This document shows positions 25,154-34,335 of a stretch of 54,201 bases of DNA, in pieces. Each line of letters starts with the position of its first letter. Within the stretch, counting starts at the first letter, position 1. A program made the translations under genes and the position numbers. The notes beneath the pieces are model-generated. The model ran no database searches, was not told the DNA's origin, and saw only the letters and a program-made list of their open reading frames with translations. This stretch comes from an uncultured Staphylococcaceae bacterium (lineage in GTDB: Bacteria; Bacillota_I; Bacilli_A; RFN20; CAG-826): NCBI GenBank assembly GCA_964433025.1, contig CAYSPV010000004.1, positions 8,458-62,658 of the forward strand. Direction: 5' to 3'.

Positions 25154-26200
25154 ATGAAAACATTTGATTATGAAAAATATATGAAAATGAAGTGGGATAC
25201 TGAGATTTTATCCTATGTTTCTAAAATTCGTGAATATAAAGGTAAACACGAATCGTTTTTCAATATAAATTCTATTGTTTTAGATAGGACAATACAGATC
25301 GCTAAAATGCAAAGTGTTGAATCTTCAAATAAAATTGAGGGGATAGTTATAACAGATAAAAGAATTAAAGACTTATGTTTGAAAAATTCTAAACCAATAT
25401 CTATAAATGAAAAAGAAATAAAAGGATATAAAGATGCTTTAGATTTTATAGATGAAAACTATGATTTAATGCCACTTACTCCTAATTATATATTGCAACT
25501 TCACAAGATGATTTTTGAGGATACTGGTTCCACTATAGGTGGTAAATTTAAAAATGTTCAAAACTATATAAATGAAATACATCAAGATGGAACATCAATA
25601 ACTTTATTTGTTCCCTTATCACCATATTTAACACCAGATGCAGTGGATACAATATGTCAACAATACAATCAAGAAATTGATAAAGGTATATTAGACCCTC
25701 TTATTTTAATTGCGGTATTTATTATTGATTTTTTATGTATCCACCCATTTAATGATGGTAATGGAAGAATAAGTCGATTATTAACTACGTTATTACTATA
25801 TAAATCAAGATATTTTGTTGGTCGATACATTAGTATTGAAAAAAGTATAGAAAAATCAAAAGAAGGATATTATGATGCATTATATCAATCATCACAAGGA
25901 TGGCACGAAAATAGTAATGATCCATTACCATTTATTAAATATTTATTAGGTGTAATTATTGGTTGTTATCGTGAGCTAGATGAAAGAATTGAAATATTAA
26001 AGACTAAAGGTAATGCGCTTGATATAGTAAGAAAAGCAATAGAGAATCGTTATGGTAAGTTAACTAGAAAGGACATTTTAGAACTTTGTCCAACACTAGA
26101 ACGGTCATCAGTTGGCGATGCCTTAAAAAAATTAGTGGACGAAGGAACACTCAAACGTGGTGGTTCAGGCAAAAATACCTATTACTATAGGACAAAATAA
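25154..26200 (+). CDS. fic: Fic-family protein (class II: N-terminal inhibitory motif, Fic core, C-terminal wHTH)
   Basis: Fic motif HPFNDGNGRISR. An N-terminal SxxxEG element (SSNKIEGI) matches the [ST]xxxE[GN] autoinhibition motif. The C-terminal LKKLVDEGTLKRGGSGKNTYY is wHTH-like. The ATG at 25154 is preferred over the non-ATG track start at 25133. Confidence 0.9.
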   Translation: MKTFDYEKYMKMKWDTEILSYVSKIREYKGKHESFFNINSIVLDRTIQIAKMQSVESSNKIEGIVITDKRIKDLCLKNSKPISINEKEIKGYKDALDFIDENYDLMPLTPNYILQLHKMIFEDTGSTIGGKFKNVQNYINEIHQDGTSITLFVPLSPYLTPDAVDTICQQYNQEIDKGILDPLILIAVFIIDFLCIHPFNDGNGRISRLLTTLLLYKSRYFVGRYISIEKSIEKSKEGYYDALYQSSQGWHENSNDPLPFIKYLLGVIIGCYRELDERIEILKTKGNALDIVRKAIENRYGKLTRKDILELCPTLERSSVGDALKKLVDEGTLKRGGSGKNTYYYRTK

Positions 26201-26347
26201 CCAATAATATACTTTGGAACTGAATAATTACATATTTTTTGATATTTTTAGATTAGCGGTAATCCTACAATTATCTTTCAAAAACTCAAAAAAATTTTCA
26301 TTTTTTGAAAGAAAATATGTATTATATAAGTGTAAAGAGGTAAAGAT

Positions 26348-27568
26348 ATGTTATTAGAACGTGACCGTTATTTAAATAAAATTCGTCCATTTTATGATTT
26401 AGATATTATTAAAGTACTAATTGGTTCAAGAAGATCAGGAAAATCTAAAATTATTGAATTAATAATAAAAGATTTAAAACAAAGAGGTGTTAAAGATTCT
26501 AATATTATTTATATAAATTTTGAAAATCTTGATTATTCAGAGCTCACTGATTATAAATCCTTAAATAATTTTATTAAAAATAAAGTCGTGGATTCTAAAA
26601 TGTATTTATTTTTTGATGAAATTCAAGAAGTAAAACAATTTGAAAAAGCTATAAACTCTTTTAGAGTTTCTTTTGATTGTTCTATTTTTATAACAGGCTC
26701 AAATTCTAAAATGTTATCAAGTGAAATATCTAGTGTATTAACAGGAAGAATTATTGAATTTGTTATTTATCCTTTTTCTTTTTTAGAAAGTCAAAATTAT
26801 CGAAAAATGGCAAATACAGAAATAGAAGATGCTTTTTATGATTATCTAGAATTAGGGGGCTATCCTTTAAGATTTGATCTAATGGATAAAGAGTCTACAA
26901 AAGCCTATTTAAATGAGTTATATGATAATATCTGTGTTAAAGATATATTTACTAGAGACATAGAAATTGAAAAAGCTAAATTTTTAAATATTGCTAAATA
27001 TATATTAGTGAACGCTGGTAATGATTTTAATCCAGAAGCTATATATAACTATTTAAAAAGCAATAACAATGGTAAAGAATATTGCTCTATAAAAACTATA
27101 TATAATTACCTAGATAAATTAGAAAAAGCTTTTTTAATAAAACCTATATATAGATACAACATAAGTGGTAAAAAAGTCTTAGCCACAAATCCTAAATATT
27201 ATGCAATTGATAATGGATTAAGAATTATAAATGCTGATTCTAATTTATATGATAGAGGTAAATTTTTAGAAAATGTTATTTGTATAGAGTTACTATCTAG
27301 AGGATATGAAGTATATGTAGGTAAAACATATAAAGGAGAAGTAGACTTCGTGGCATCTAAAAACAATAAAAAATGTTTTATTCAAGTAGCGTATATTATG
27401 GAAAGTCAAGCTACGATAGATAGAGAATTTGGAGCCTTTTCTTGTATAAAAGATCCTTCACCTAAATATGTCTTTAGTCTAGATAAAATAGATATGTCTA
27501 GAAATGGCTATACACATATAAATATCATCGATTTCTTATTAGAAAAGGTTGATATATATTTAACATAA
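26348..27568 (+). CDS. AAA_14-type ATPase with a C-terminal DUF4143 domain (second, divergent copy)
   Basis: Walker A GSRRSGKSK, LFFDEIQEV...FITGSNS, and C-terminal GKFLENVICIELL...GEVDFVA...FIQVAY. Confidence 0.85.
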   Translation: MLLERDRYLNKIRPFYDLDIIKVLIGSRRSGKSKIIELIIKDLKQRGVKDSNIIYINFENLDYSELTDYKSLNNFIKNKVVDSKMYLFFDEIQEVKQFEKAINSFRVSFDCSIFITGSNSKMLSSEISSVLTGRIIEFVIYPFSFLESQNYRKMANTEIEDAFYDYLELGGYPLRFDLMDKESTKAYLNELYDNICVKDIFTRDIEIEKAKFLNIAKYILVNAGNDFNPEAIYNYLKSNNNGKEYCSIKTIYNYLDKLEKAFLIKPIYRYNISGKKVLATNPKYYAIDNGLRIINADSNLYDRGKFLENVICIELLSRGYEVYVGKTYKGEVDFVASKNNKKCFIQVAYIMESQATIDREFGAFSCIKDPSPKYVFSLDKIDMSRNGYTHINIIDFLLEKVDIYLT

Positions 27569-27640
27569 TCAGTAATAATTGGACTTAAATCGTTAGTAAA
27601 AACACTTTTTAATCCTTAAACTATATAAAAAGTTTGTTAC

Positions 27641-27670
27641 AGACTAAAAAATTTTTTAGTCTTTTATTTT
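27641..27670 (+). terminator. Rho-independent terminator (22-bp perfect palindrome + T run)
   Basis: agactaaaaaa|ttttttagtct followed by tttatttt. Confidence 0.65.
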
Positions 27671-27727
27671 CTTTCTTTGAAATGTATAATCTAAACTTAT
27701 TCAATAAACTAACAAAGGAGGAAAAAG

Positions 27728-30700
27728 ATGAAAAAACTTCTCTACTTGCTCCCTATTGTATTTCTATTTACATTAGGAGCGTGTGACATTACTGATATAA
27801 CATCAGAAGTCACATCTACATCTGATGTTGATTCCACATCAACAACAATAATAACTACAACAACATCTGAAGAAGATCCTACCACTACGACGTCTACAAC
27901 AACTACGACGACAACGACTAGTGAACCTGATCCTGATCCAGATCCTGACCCAGACCCAGATCCCGATCCAGATCCCGATCCTGATCCAGACCCAGATCCA
28001 GAACCAGATCCCGATCCAGATCCCGATCCTGAACCAGATCCTGAACCAGATCCCGATCCAGATCCAACTCCTGAACCAGTAGTAAGTCATACTCACGGGG
28101 ATGATTCAATAGAATGGACTGTTGTTTCAGATGACAGTGCTACTTTAAGTGATGGATATTATTTCTTAGATGAAGATGTTAATTCAGAATCTAATATTTC
28201 TATTTCAGGTACTGTTACTTTATGTTTAAACGGTAATGTATTAACTGGTAATGGACAAGGCTCCGTTATTACAGTTGCAGCAGGTAATTCATTAACTATT
28301 TGTGACTGTCAAGAAGGTGCTGAAAACATTGCTAATGAAGTAAATGGTACAACCTATAACAGTGGTGTAATTACTGGTGGATACACTACTAGAGGTGGCG
28401 GTCTTTATGTAAGCGGTACTGTTGTTTTAGAATCTGGTACCATCGCTGGTAATGAAGCTTATGAAAACAGCAGTTCTGATGGTAACGGCGGTGCTGTTTA
28501 TATTTATGGTACCTCTGCATCATTTACTATGAACGGCGGTGCTATTAGTGATAATACAACTCCTGATTATGGCGGTGGTATATATGTTGAACGGGGAACA
28601 TTCACCATAAATGATGGAGAAATATCTTATAATAGTTCTGATTATCAAGGTGGTGGAATATACAATTTCTATGCTACAGTTAATGTCAATGGTGGAGCTA
28701 TTTATAACAACACCGCAACTTATTACGGCGGCGGTATTTATGCTTCAAGTGCCACAATTAATATGACTGGTGGTGAAATTACAGAAAATAGCGTCCTCAT
28801 TAGTGGTGGTGGTATTGAACTTGATATGTATGCTTATTTATACATGAGTGGCGGTACTATTGCTTATAACACTGGTGAAGCTATTGATGCATATGATAGC
28901 AACTATTTCTCCATGACAGGTGGATATATTGAAGGTACTTTTTACAATACAAATTCTTGGAGTACATTCTCAATTGCTGGTGGATATTTTGCAAATAATG
29001 CTTATAATTCACTTAGCCTCAGTTATATAAGAAGCGGTTATATTGCTGTAGACCTCACTGATGGTGAAGGATATGGCGATACTGACTATGATAGTAATTT
29101 CCCAATTGCGGTATATAGTCAAGTAGTCACTACTATTGATAGTAATGTTACTGTTTCATGTGGTGACGCTGATGATTACACTATTGTGGATTCTAATGAT
29201 GTTACTTATCAATATGCTACAGTTGGTTCTGATATTTATACAGATGGCTTACCATCTGAAGCAGGTACATATACTGTTATAGCTACATTTACTACCACAA
29301 TTGATGGTGCTAATAAAACCGTCTATGGTGGTCCAGTTACATTTACATTAACAATTAATGATCATACATTTGATGAAGGAACATGCACTGTATGTGGTGA
29401 AGCTGATCCTTCTTATGTAGCAGAAGATGTAGTAACAGACACTATAACCGCTGAAGGTTTAGGTTTATCTGATACTTCAAATTATACCGATGTTACATAC
29501 ACTGGTGATGAAAGTGGTATTTCATATGTTGGTAATGCAAGATACGACGATGATCCAGTAGGATTTAGAATTCATGCTACTCGTACAAATTCTGGTATTG
29601 CTACACAAAATACTAGTACTTCAACAGTTAATAGTATTACTTTAAATTTCAATTCAAATAATACAAGTAGTAGCTACTATGTTGTTATTTATGCTAGTAA
29701 CAGCACTTATACGAATGCTGGAACCGCGAATGATGATGAAGTTGCTTCTGATAATATTTATATTCCAGTAAGAAATACTGATTCTACATATACCTATACA
29801 TTTACAGATAGCTATACTAATTTCCGTATTGTAAGTGGTAATGGTCAAATTGAATTTTCTTCTATAGTGGTTTCTTGGACCTTAGGAGATGATACATCTT
29901 CTAGTGACCCAGAGCCAGCAACACAAGAAATCAGTGATACATTTAGTGTTTATGATATTTATGGTGATTTCTCAGATTTAACAGGCACAAGTGGTGCAGT
30001 TTATGCTGGTTCTGTTATTGAAGACTTCACTTATGAATGTATTAGACTAGAAGAAGGTTCCAGTTATATCATTTCTACTAGTTCTCCAGGTACTATTAAG
30101 AGTGTTACAATAGATGCCTATGATTTTGATTATGGTGATTATGGTTGGTGCGATATTTATATTTATGCATCAAACGATCCATTCACAAGCTCTAGTGATT
30201 TAACTAGAAGTGCTTATATAACCTCTATAGATCTAACCGAAGGTGGTACTTTAACATATACATTTACTAGTGAATATTCATATGTAGGTATTGCCTGTGA
30301 AGATACCATTGATGGTGTTGGATACATTAATAGTGTTACTTTCACTTGGAACGTTGGTTCTTCTAGTGACTCAGAACCAGAACCAGAACCTGTAATACAA
30401 GATGTCAGTGATACATTTAGTGTTTATGATATTTATGGTGATTTCTCAGATTTAACAGGCACAAGTGGTGCAGTTTATGCTGGTTCTGTTATTGAAGACT
30501 TCACTTATGAATGTATTAGACTAGAAGAAGGTTCCAGTTATATCATTTCTACTAGTTCTCCAGGTACTATTAAGAGTGTTACAATAGATGCCTATGATTT
30601 TGATTATGGTGATTATGGTTGGTGCGATATTTATATTTATGCATCAAACGATCCATTCACAAGCTCTAGTGATTTAACTAGAAGTGCTTATATAACCTCT

Positions 30701-30838
30701 ATAGATCTAACCGAAGGTGGTACTTTAACATATACATTTACTAGTGAATATTCATATGTAGGTATTGCCTGTGAAGATACCATTGATGGTGTTGGATACA
30801 TTAATAGTGTTACGTTCACTTGGGCAGTTGTAGCATAA
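27728..30838 (+). CDS. Large surface lipoprotein: S/T-rich and (Pro-Asp/Glu)n linkers, Pmp-like parallel beta-helix repeats, three C-terminal ~150-aa repeat domains
   Basis: Lipobox FTLGAC. T-run and EPDPDPDP... linker. Repeated GGG(I/L)Y / GGAVY / NGGAI motifs of the polymorphic-membrane-protein type. C-terminal domains end in (V/T)(S/F)W. Confidence 0.85.
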   Translation: MKKLLYLLPIVFLFTLGACDITDITSEVTSTSDVDSTSTTIITTTTSEEDPTTTTSTTTTTTTTSEPDPDPDPDPDPDPDPDPDPDPDPDPEPDPDPDPDPEPDPEPDPDPDPTPEPVVSHTHGDDSIEWTVVSDDSATLSDGYYFLDEDVNSESNISISGTVTLCLNGNVLTGNGQGSVITVAAGNSLTICDCQEGAENIANEVNGTTYNSGVITGGYTTRGGGLYVSGTVVLESGTIAGNEAYENSSSDGNGGAVYIYGTSASFTMNGGAISDNTTPDYGGGIYVERGTFTINDGEISYNSSDYQGGGIYNFYATVNVNGGAIYNNTATYYGGGIYASSATINMTGGEITENSVLISGGGIELDMYAYLYMSGGTIAYNTGEAIDAYDSNYFSMTGGYIEGTFYNTNSWSTFSIAGGYFANNAYNSLSLSYIRSGYIAVDLTDGEGYGDTDYDSNFPIAVYSQVVTTIDSNVTVSCGDADDYTIVDSNDVTYQYATVGSDIYTDGLPSEAGTYTVIATFTTTIDGANKTVYGGPVTFTLTINDHTFDEGTCTVCGEADPSYVAEDVVTDTITAEGLGLSDTSNYTDVTYTGDESGISYVGNARYDDDPVGFRIHATRTNSGIATQNTSTSTVNSITLNFNSNNTSSSYYVVIYASNSTYTNAGTANDDEVASDNIYIPVRNTDSTYTYTFTDSYTNFRIVSGNGQIEFSSIVVSWTLGDDTSSSDPEPATQEISDTFSVYDIYGDFSDLTGTSGAVYAGSVIEDFTYECIRLEEGSSYIISTSSPGTIKSVTIDAYDFDYGDYGWCDIYIYASNDPFTSSSDLTRSAYITSIDLTEGGTLTYTFTSEYSYVGIACEDTIDGVGYINSVTFTWNVGSSSDSEPEPEPVIQDVSDTFSVYDIYGDFSDLTGTSGAVYAGSVIEDFTYECIRLEEGSSYIISTSSPGTIKSVTIDAYDFDYGDYGWCDIYIYASNDPFTSSSDLTRSAYITSIDLTEGGTLTYTFTSEYSYVGIACEDTIDGVGYINSVTFTWAVVA
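27923..28078 (+). repeat. 156-bp hexanucleotide coding microsatellite (CCN-GAY/GAA)n encoding a (Pro-Asp/Glu)26 linker
   Basis: Read directly: gaacctgatcctgatccagatcctgaccca...gatccaactcctgaacca. Confidence 0.95.
29931..30823 (+). repeat. Near-perfect tandem duplication: 2 x 419 bp at a 474-bp (158-codon) period inside the lipoprotein gene
   Basis: 29931-30349 versus 30405-30823 differ at a single position that I could find (30340 t vs 30814 g). The linkers between them differ. Confidence 0.95.
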
Positions 30839-30868
30839 AATAATAATCACTAATTAATTTATTTATTA

Positions 30869-30895
30869 ACTCTCAACGCAAAGTTGGGAGTTTTT
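30869..30895 (+). terminator. Rho-independent terminator
   Basis: ctctcaac-gcaaa-gttgggag stem followed by ttttt. Confidence 0.7.
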
Positions 30896-31087
30896 AAATT
30901 GGAGTAAAAAACTTATAATAGTCAAATTTTGTACATGTTTGACTTTGACTCACTAACATTTATATTAAATCTACAAAAAATAGTGTAGATATGCTAAAAT
31001 TATGACGATTTTAAATAAATATCAACGAAAATAGAGATATGTAGATTTTTAACAAAAATAGGATAAAAAGCAAAAGAGGATTCTAAG

Positions 31088-33172
31088 ATGAAAAAAGACA
31101 TAAATGTACTTTGGGATGATAATCCAATTGATATAACTAGTGAAGCTAATTTTATATGGTCTATCGCAAATAAATTGCGTGGATCATATATGCCAGATAA
31201 ATATGGCGATGTTATTATTCCCATGACTATTTTAAGAAGATTTGAATGTGTTTTAGCAAAAACAAAAAAAGAAGTAGTGGAAAAATTTAAAGAAGATCCT
31301 AATGTTGCCCCTCGGATTTTGGAAAGATTAAGTGGTTATCAATTTTACAACGTTAGTAAGTTTGATTTAGCAGAACTTTGTAATGATGAAGAAGCTAATT
31401 TAGCGGATGACTTTAAAGTATATAAAAATTGTTTTTCTTCTAATATTCAAGAAATTTTAAATGAGTTAGAGCTTGATAAACATATAGAAAAAATGGATAA
31501 AGACAATTGTTTATTATCTATAATCAAAGCCTTTTCTGAATTAGATTTAAGTGTAGAGAAATTTGATAGTATTAAGATGGGCTATATTTTTGAAAATCTA
31601 GTTGGTAGATTTTATCAAAATGTTGAAGCTGGACAATATTATACTGGTAGAGACATTATCAAATTGATGGTATCTATTCTTATTTCTGAAGGTTGTGATG
31701 ATATTTTTGATGAAAATAAAGTAATTACTGTTTGTGACCAAGCCTGTGGTACTGGTGGTATGCTTACAACTGCCTATAATTATCTTAAGTACTACAACCC
31801 AACCTGCGATGTTAGATTATTTGGTCAAGAATTTATGGGTCAAACTTACGCTATTGGATTAGCTGAAATGTTAATTAAAGGACAAGATGCTAGAAACTTT
31901 AAACACGCTGATACATTTAAGGAAGATTGTTTTAAAAATCAAAAAATGCGTTTTGTTATAGAAAATCCTCCATTTGGTACACCTTGGAGTGGAAGTGATG
32001 CGAAAGCTGGACAAGAGCAAGCTGTAAGAGAAGAACATGCTAAAGGACTTTCTGGACGTTGGGGTGCAGGTCTTCCAGGTGGTGGAGATTCACAGATGAT
32101 TTTCTTACAATCTGCTATTGATAAGATGGATGAAGAATATGGTAGAGCTGCTATTATTGAAAATGGATCACCTCTTTTTAAAGGTGATACCGGTTCAGGC
32201 GAATCTCAAATTAGAAGATGGATACTAGAAAATGATTTATTAGAAGCAATCATTGCTCTTCCAACTGAACTTTTTTATAACACTGGAATAGCGACTTATA
32301 TTTGGATCCTTTCAAAAAATAAGCGCAAGGAAAGAAGAGGTAAAGTTCAATTAATTGATGCTTCAAATATTTATCATAAATTAAGAAAAGCAGTTGGTGA
32401 GAAAAAGAATGAATTTACGCCTGAAGATAGAGAAAAAATAACAAAGATATATAGTAATTTTGTAGAAACTGAAGAGTGTAAGATTTTTGATAATGAAGAT
32501 TTTCTTTATAAAGAATATTCTATATATCAACCTTTACAAAAATCATATGAAATAACATATGAAAGAATTGAAGAAATGATACAAAAAGGTTCATTATCTA
32601 GTTTTTATGATGAAAACAAAGTTTTTGAATTAGAAAATAGTGATTCTCAACTCGATGATAAAAAACAAAAACAACTTCAAAAATACAAAGATAATGAAGA
32701 TTCATATAATCAAATCATTAACATATTAAAAGAAAATGTTAGTGATAAAAAATACATGGATTCTAAAGAATTTACAAATATAATTCATGATTATCTAAAA
32801 GATTTTGAAAATAAAATTGTAGACAAAGTAGTGGATGGACTAGGTAAGATGGATAAAGAAGCACCCATCAGTAGAGATAAACATGGCAATATCATTTATG
32901 ATAAAGACACTAAAGATATCGAAATAGTGCCTTATAAACAAACAATAGAAGAATATATGAATAAAGAAGTTTTACCCTATATTCCTGATGCAGAAGCTTT
33001 TTTCGAAGAAAAGATTGACACTAAAAAACCTATAATAAAAACAGGTGCAGAAATACCTTTTACTAGAATATTCTATAAATATAAAAAACAAGAGAGTTCA
33101 GATAAATTATTAGAAGACTTTATTGAAATCGATAAGAAGGTAAATGAAAAAATTAAAAAGCTGGTTAAATAA
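31088..33172 (+). CDS. hsdM: Type I restriction-modification system, DNA methyltransferase subunit (long form, 694 aa)
   Basis: AdoMet motif DQACGTGGML, catalytic NPPFG, and the N-terminal HsdM_N-like region (IWSIANKLRGSY). Confidence 0.92.
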   Translation: MKKDINVLWDDNPIDITSEANFIWSIANKLRGSYMPDKYGDVIIPMTILRRFECVLAKTKKEVVEKFKEDPNVAPRILERLSGYQFYNVSKFDLAELCNDEEANLADDFKVYKNCFSSNIQEILNELELDKHIEKMDKDNCLLSIIKAFSELDLSVEKFDSIKMGYIFENLVGRFYQNVEAGQYYTGRDIIKLMVSILISEGCDDIFDENKVITVCDQACGTGGMLTTAYNYLKYYNPTCDVRLFGQEFMGQTYAIGLAEMLIKGQDARNFKHADTFKEDCFKNQKMRFVIENPPFGTPWSGSDAKAGQEQAVREEHAKGLSGRWGAGLPGGGDSQMIFLQSAIDKMDEEYGRAAIIENGSPLFKGDTGSGESQIRRWILENDLLEAIIALPTELFYNTGIATYIWILSKNKRKERRGKVQLIDASNIYHKLRKAVGEKKNEFTPEDREKITKIYSNFVETEECKIFDNEDFLYKEYSIYQPLQKSYEITYERIEEMIQKGSLSSFYDENKVFELENSDSQLDDKKQKQLQKYKDNEDSYNQIINILKENVSDKKYMDSKEFTNIIHDYLKDFENKIVDKVVDGLGKMDKEAPISRDKHGNIIYDKDTKDIEIVPYKQTIEEYMNKEVLPYIPDAEAFFEEKIDTKKPIIKTGAEIPFTRIFYKYKKQESSDKLLEDFIEIDKKVNEKIKKLVK

Positions 33173-33174
33173 TT

Positions 33175-34335
33175 ATGTCAAAGTCTAAAATTAAAAAATA
33201 TACTGGTATTATGCCAGAACATTGGGACGAAAAAAAAGTTGGAGCTGTTTATAAAGAAAGAAATACCAAGGTCAGCGACAAATATTTTCAACCTCTTTCA
33301 GTAACAAAAAATGGCATTGTACCTCAATTAGAAAGTGCCGCAAAGACAAATGATGGGGATAATAGAAAACTTGTCAGAAAAGATGATTTTGTTATTAATA
33401 GTAGGTCAGATCGCCGTGGTTCATGCGGTATTTCAAACTATGATGGATCTGTTTCACTTATTAATATTGTGCTTGAACCACTACAAAGTGAAGCATTTTG
33501 TAACGATTATTATGATTGGTTCTTTCATACAGAAAATTTTGCTGATGAATTTTATAGATATGGATATGGAATAGTTAATGATTTGTGGACAACTAGATGG
33601 ATGGATTTTAAAAACATTATAATCCCTTATCCCCCTCTCGCCGAACAGAAAAAAATCGCCGACTTTTTGGACGACAAGTGCGCACAAATCGATGAAATTG
33701 TGAGTGATTTAGAAGAAAAAGTTAACAAATTAGATGAGTATAAGAAAAAATTGATAGAAGAAGTAGCTATTTATGGCACTATGTGTGATTCGAAGGAATA
33801 TACGAAATTAAAATATATTGCTTCTTCATTCTCTAAAACCTTATCCCTTACTTTTTTAAATGAAGATTATGAATATTTGGTGTATGGTGCAGGTGGTTTA
33901 TTAAACATGAAATCCCGTTTTTACGAATGCTCTGTACCATATATTGGGATTGTTAAAGATGGTGCAGGCATAGGGAATTGCTATGTATGTGAGAAACAAA
34001 CATCCCTTTTAGGAACAATGGCATATATTGTTCCAAATAAAGATACAGATCTAAAATTTTTATTTTATACATTAATTGGTTTAAATCTTTCTCAACAGAC
34101 TGGTGATAATACAACTATTCCACACATTTATTTTTCAGACTATGGTAATAGTAGTGTTTTAAATTTGCCTCTCGTCGAACAGAAAAAAATCGCCGACTTT
34201 TTGGACGACAAGTGCGCACAAATCGATGAAATTGTGAGTGATACTAAAAAACAAATCGAAGTTTTAAAAGAATATAAGCAATCCTTAATTTATGAATATG
34301 TAACAGGTAAAAAGGAGGTTTTAATTAATGAATAG
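33175..34335 (+). CDS. hsdS: Type I R-M specificity subunit with two target-recognition domains
   Basis: 386 aa between hsdM and hsdR. It has a duplicated conserved coiled-coil segment PL(A/V)EQKKIADFLDDKCAQIDEIVSD after each variable domain. Confidence 0.88.
   Translation: MSKSKIKKYTGIMPEHWDEKKVGAVYKERNTKVSDKYFQPLSVTKNGIVPQLESAAKTNDGDNRKLVRKDDFVINSRSDRRGSCGISNYDGSVSLINIVLEPLQSEAFCNDYYDWFFHTENFADEFYRYGYGIVNDLWTTRWMDFKNIIIPYPPLAEQKKIADFLDDKCAQIDEIVSDLEEKVNKLDEYKKKLIEEVAIYGTMCDSKEYTKLKYIASSFSKTLSLTFLNEDYEYLVYGAGGLLNMKSRFYECSVPYIGIVKDGAGIGNCYVCEKQTSLLGTMAYIVPNKDTDLKFLFYTLIGLNLSQQTGDNTTIPHIYFSDYGNSSVLNLPLVEQKKIADFLDDKCAQIDEIVSDTKKQIEVLKEYKQSLIYEYVTGKKEVLINE
33634..33708 (+). repeat. 75-bp direct repeat, copy 1 (hsdS central conserved region)
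   Basis: Identical to 34168-34242 except for one base (gcc vs gtc). About 45% G+C by my count, against a much more AT-rich context. Confidence 0.95.
34168..34242 (+). repeat. 75-bp direct repeat, copy 2 (hsdS distal conserved region)
   Basis: In frame, exactly 534 bp (178 codons) downstream of copy 1. Confidence 0.95.

Noticed and set aside
26274-26312. 11-bp inverted repeat tctttcaaaaa / tttttgaaaga with a 17-nt loop between fic and the second ATPase gene
   Set aside because: It could be a terminator or an operator, but the stem is almost pure A/T and such pairings arise easily at this base composition. I did not call it as a feature.
27839-28109. Two minus-strand ORFs (85 and 63 aa)
   Set aside because: They are antisense readings of the (CCN-GAY)n microsatellite, giving W/I/R/G or L/D/Q repeats. 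They have no independent signals.
31000-31224. 74-aa minus-strand ORF across the hsdM start
   Set aside because: It is antisense to the hsdM RBS and N-terminus, and no RBS of its own is present.
33335-33687. Alternative-frame ORFs inside hsdS (79 aa +, 68 aa -)
   Set aside because: They are nested in a well-supported hsdS frame, and no signals or conservation cues support them.
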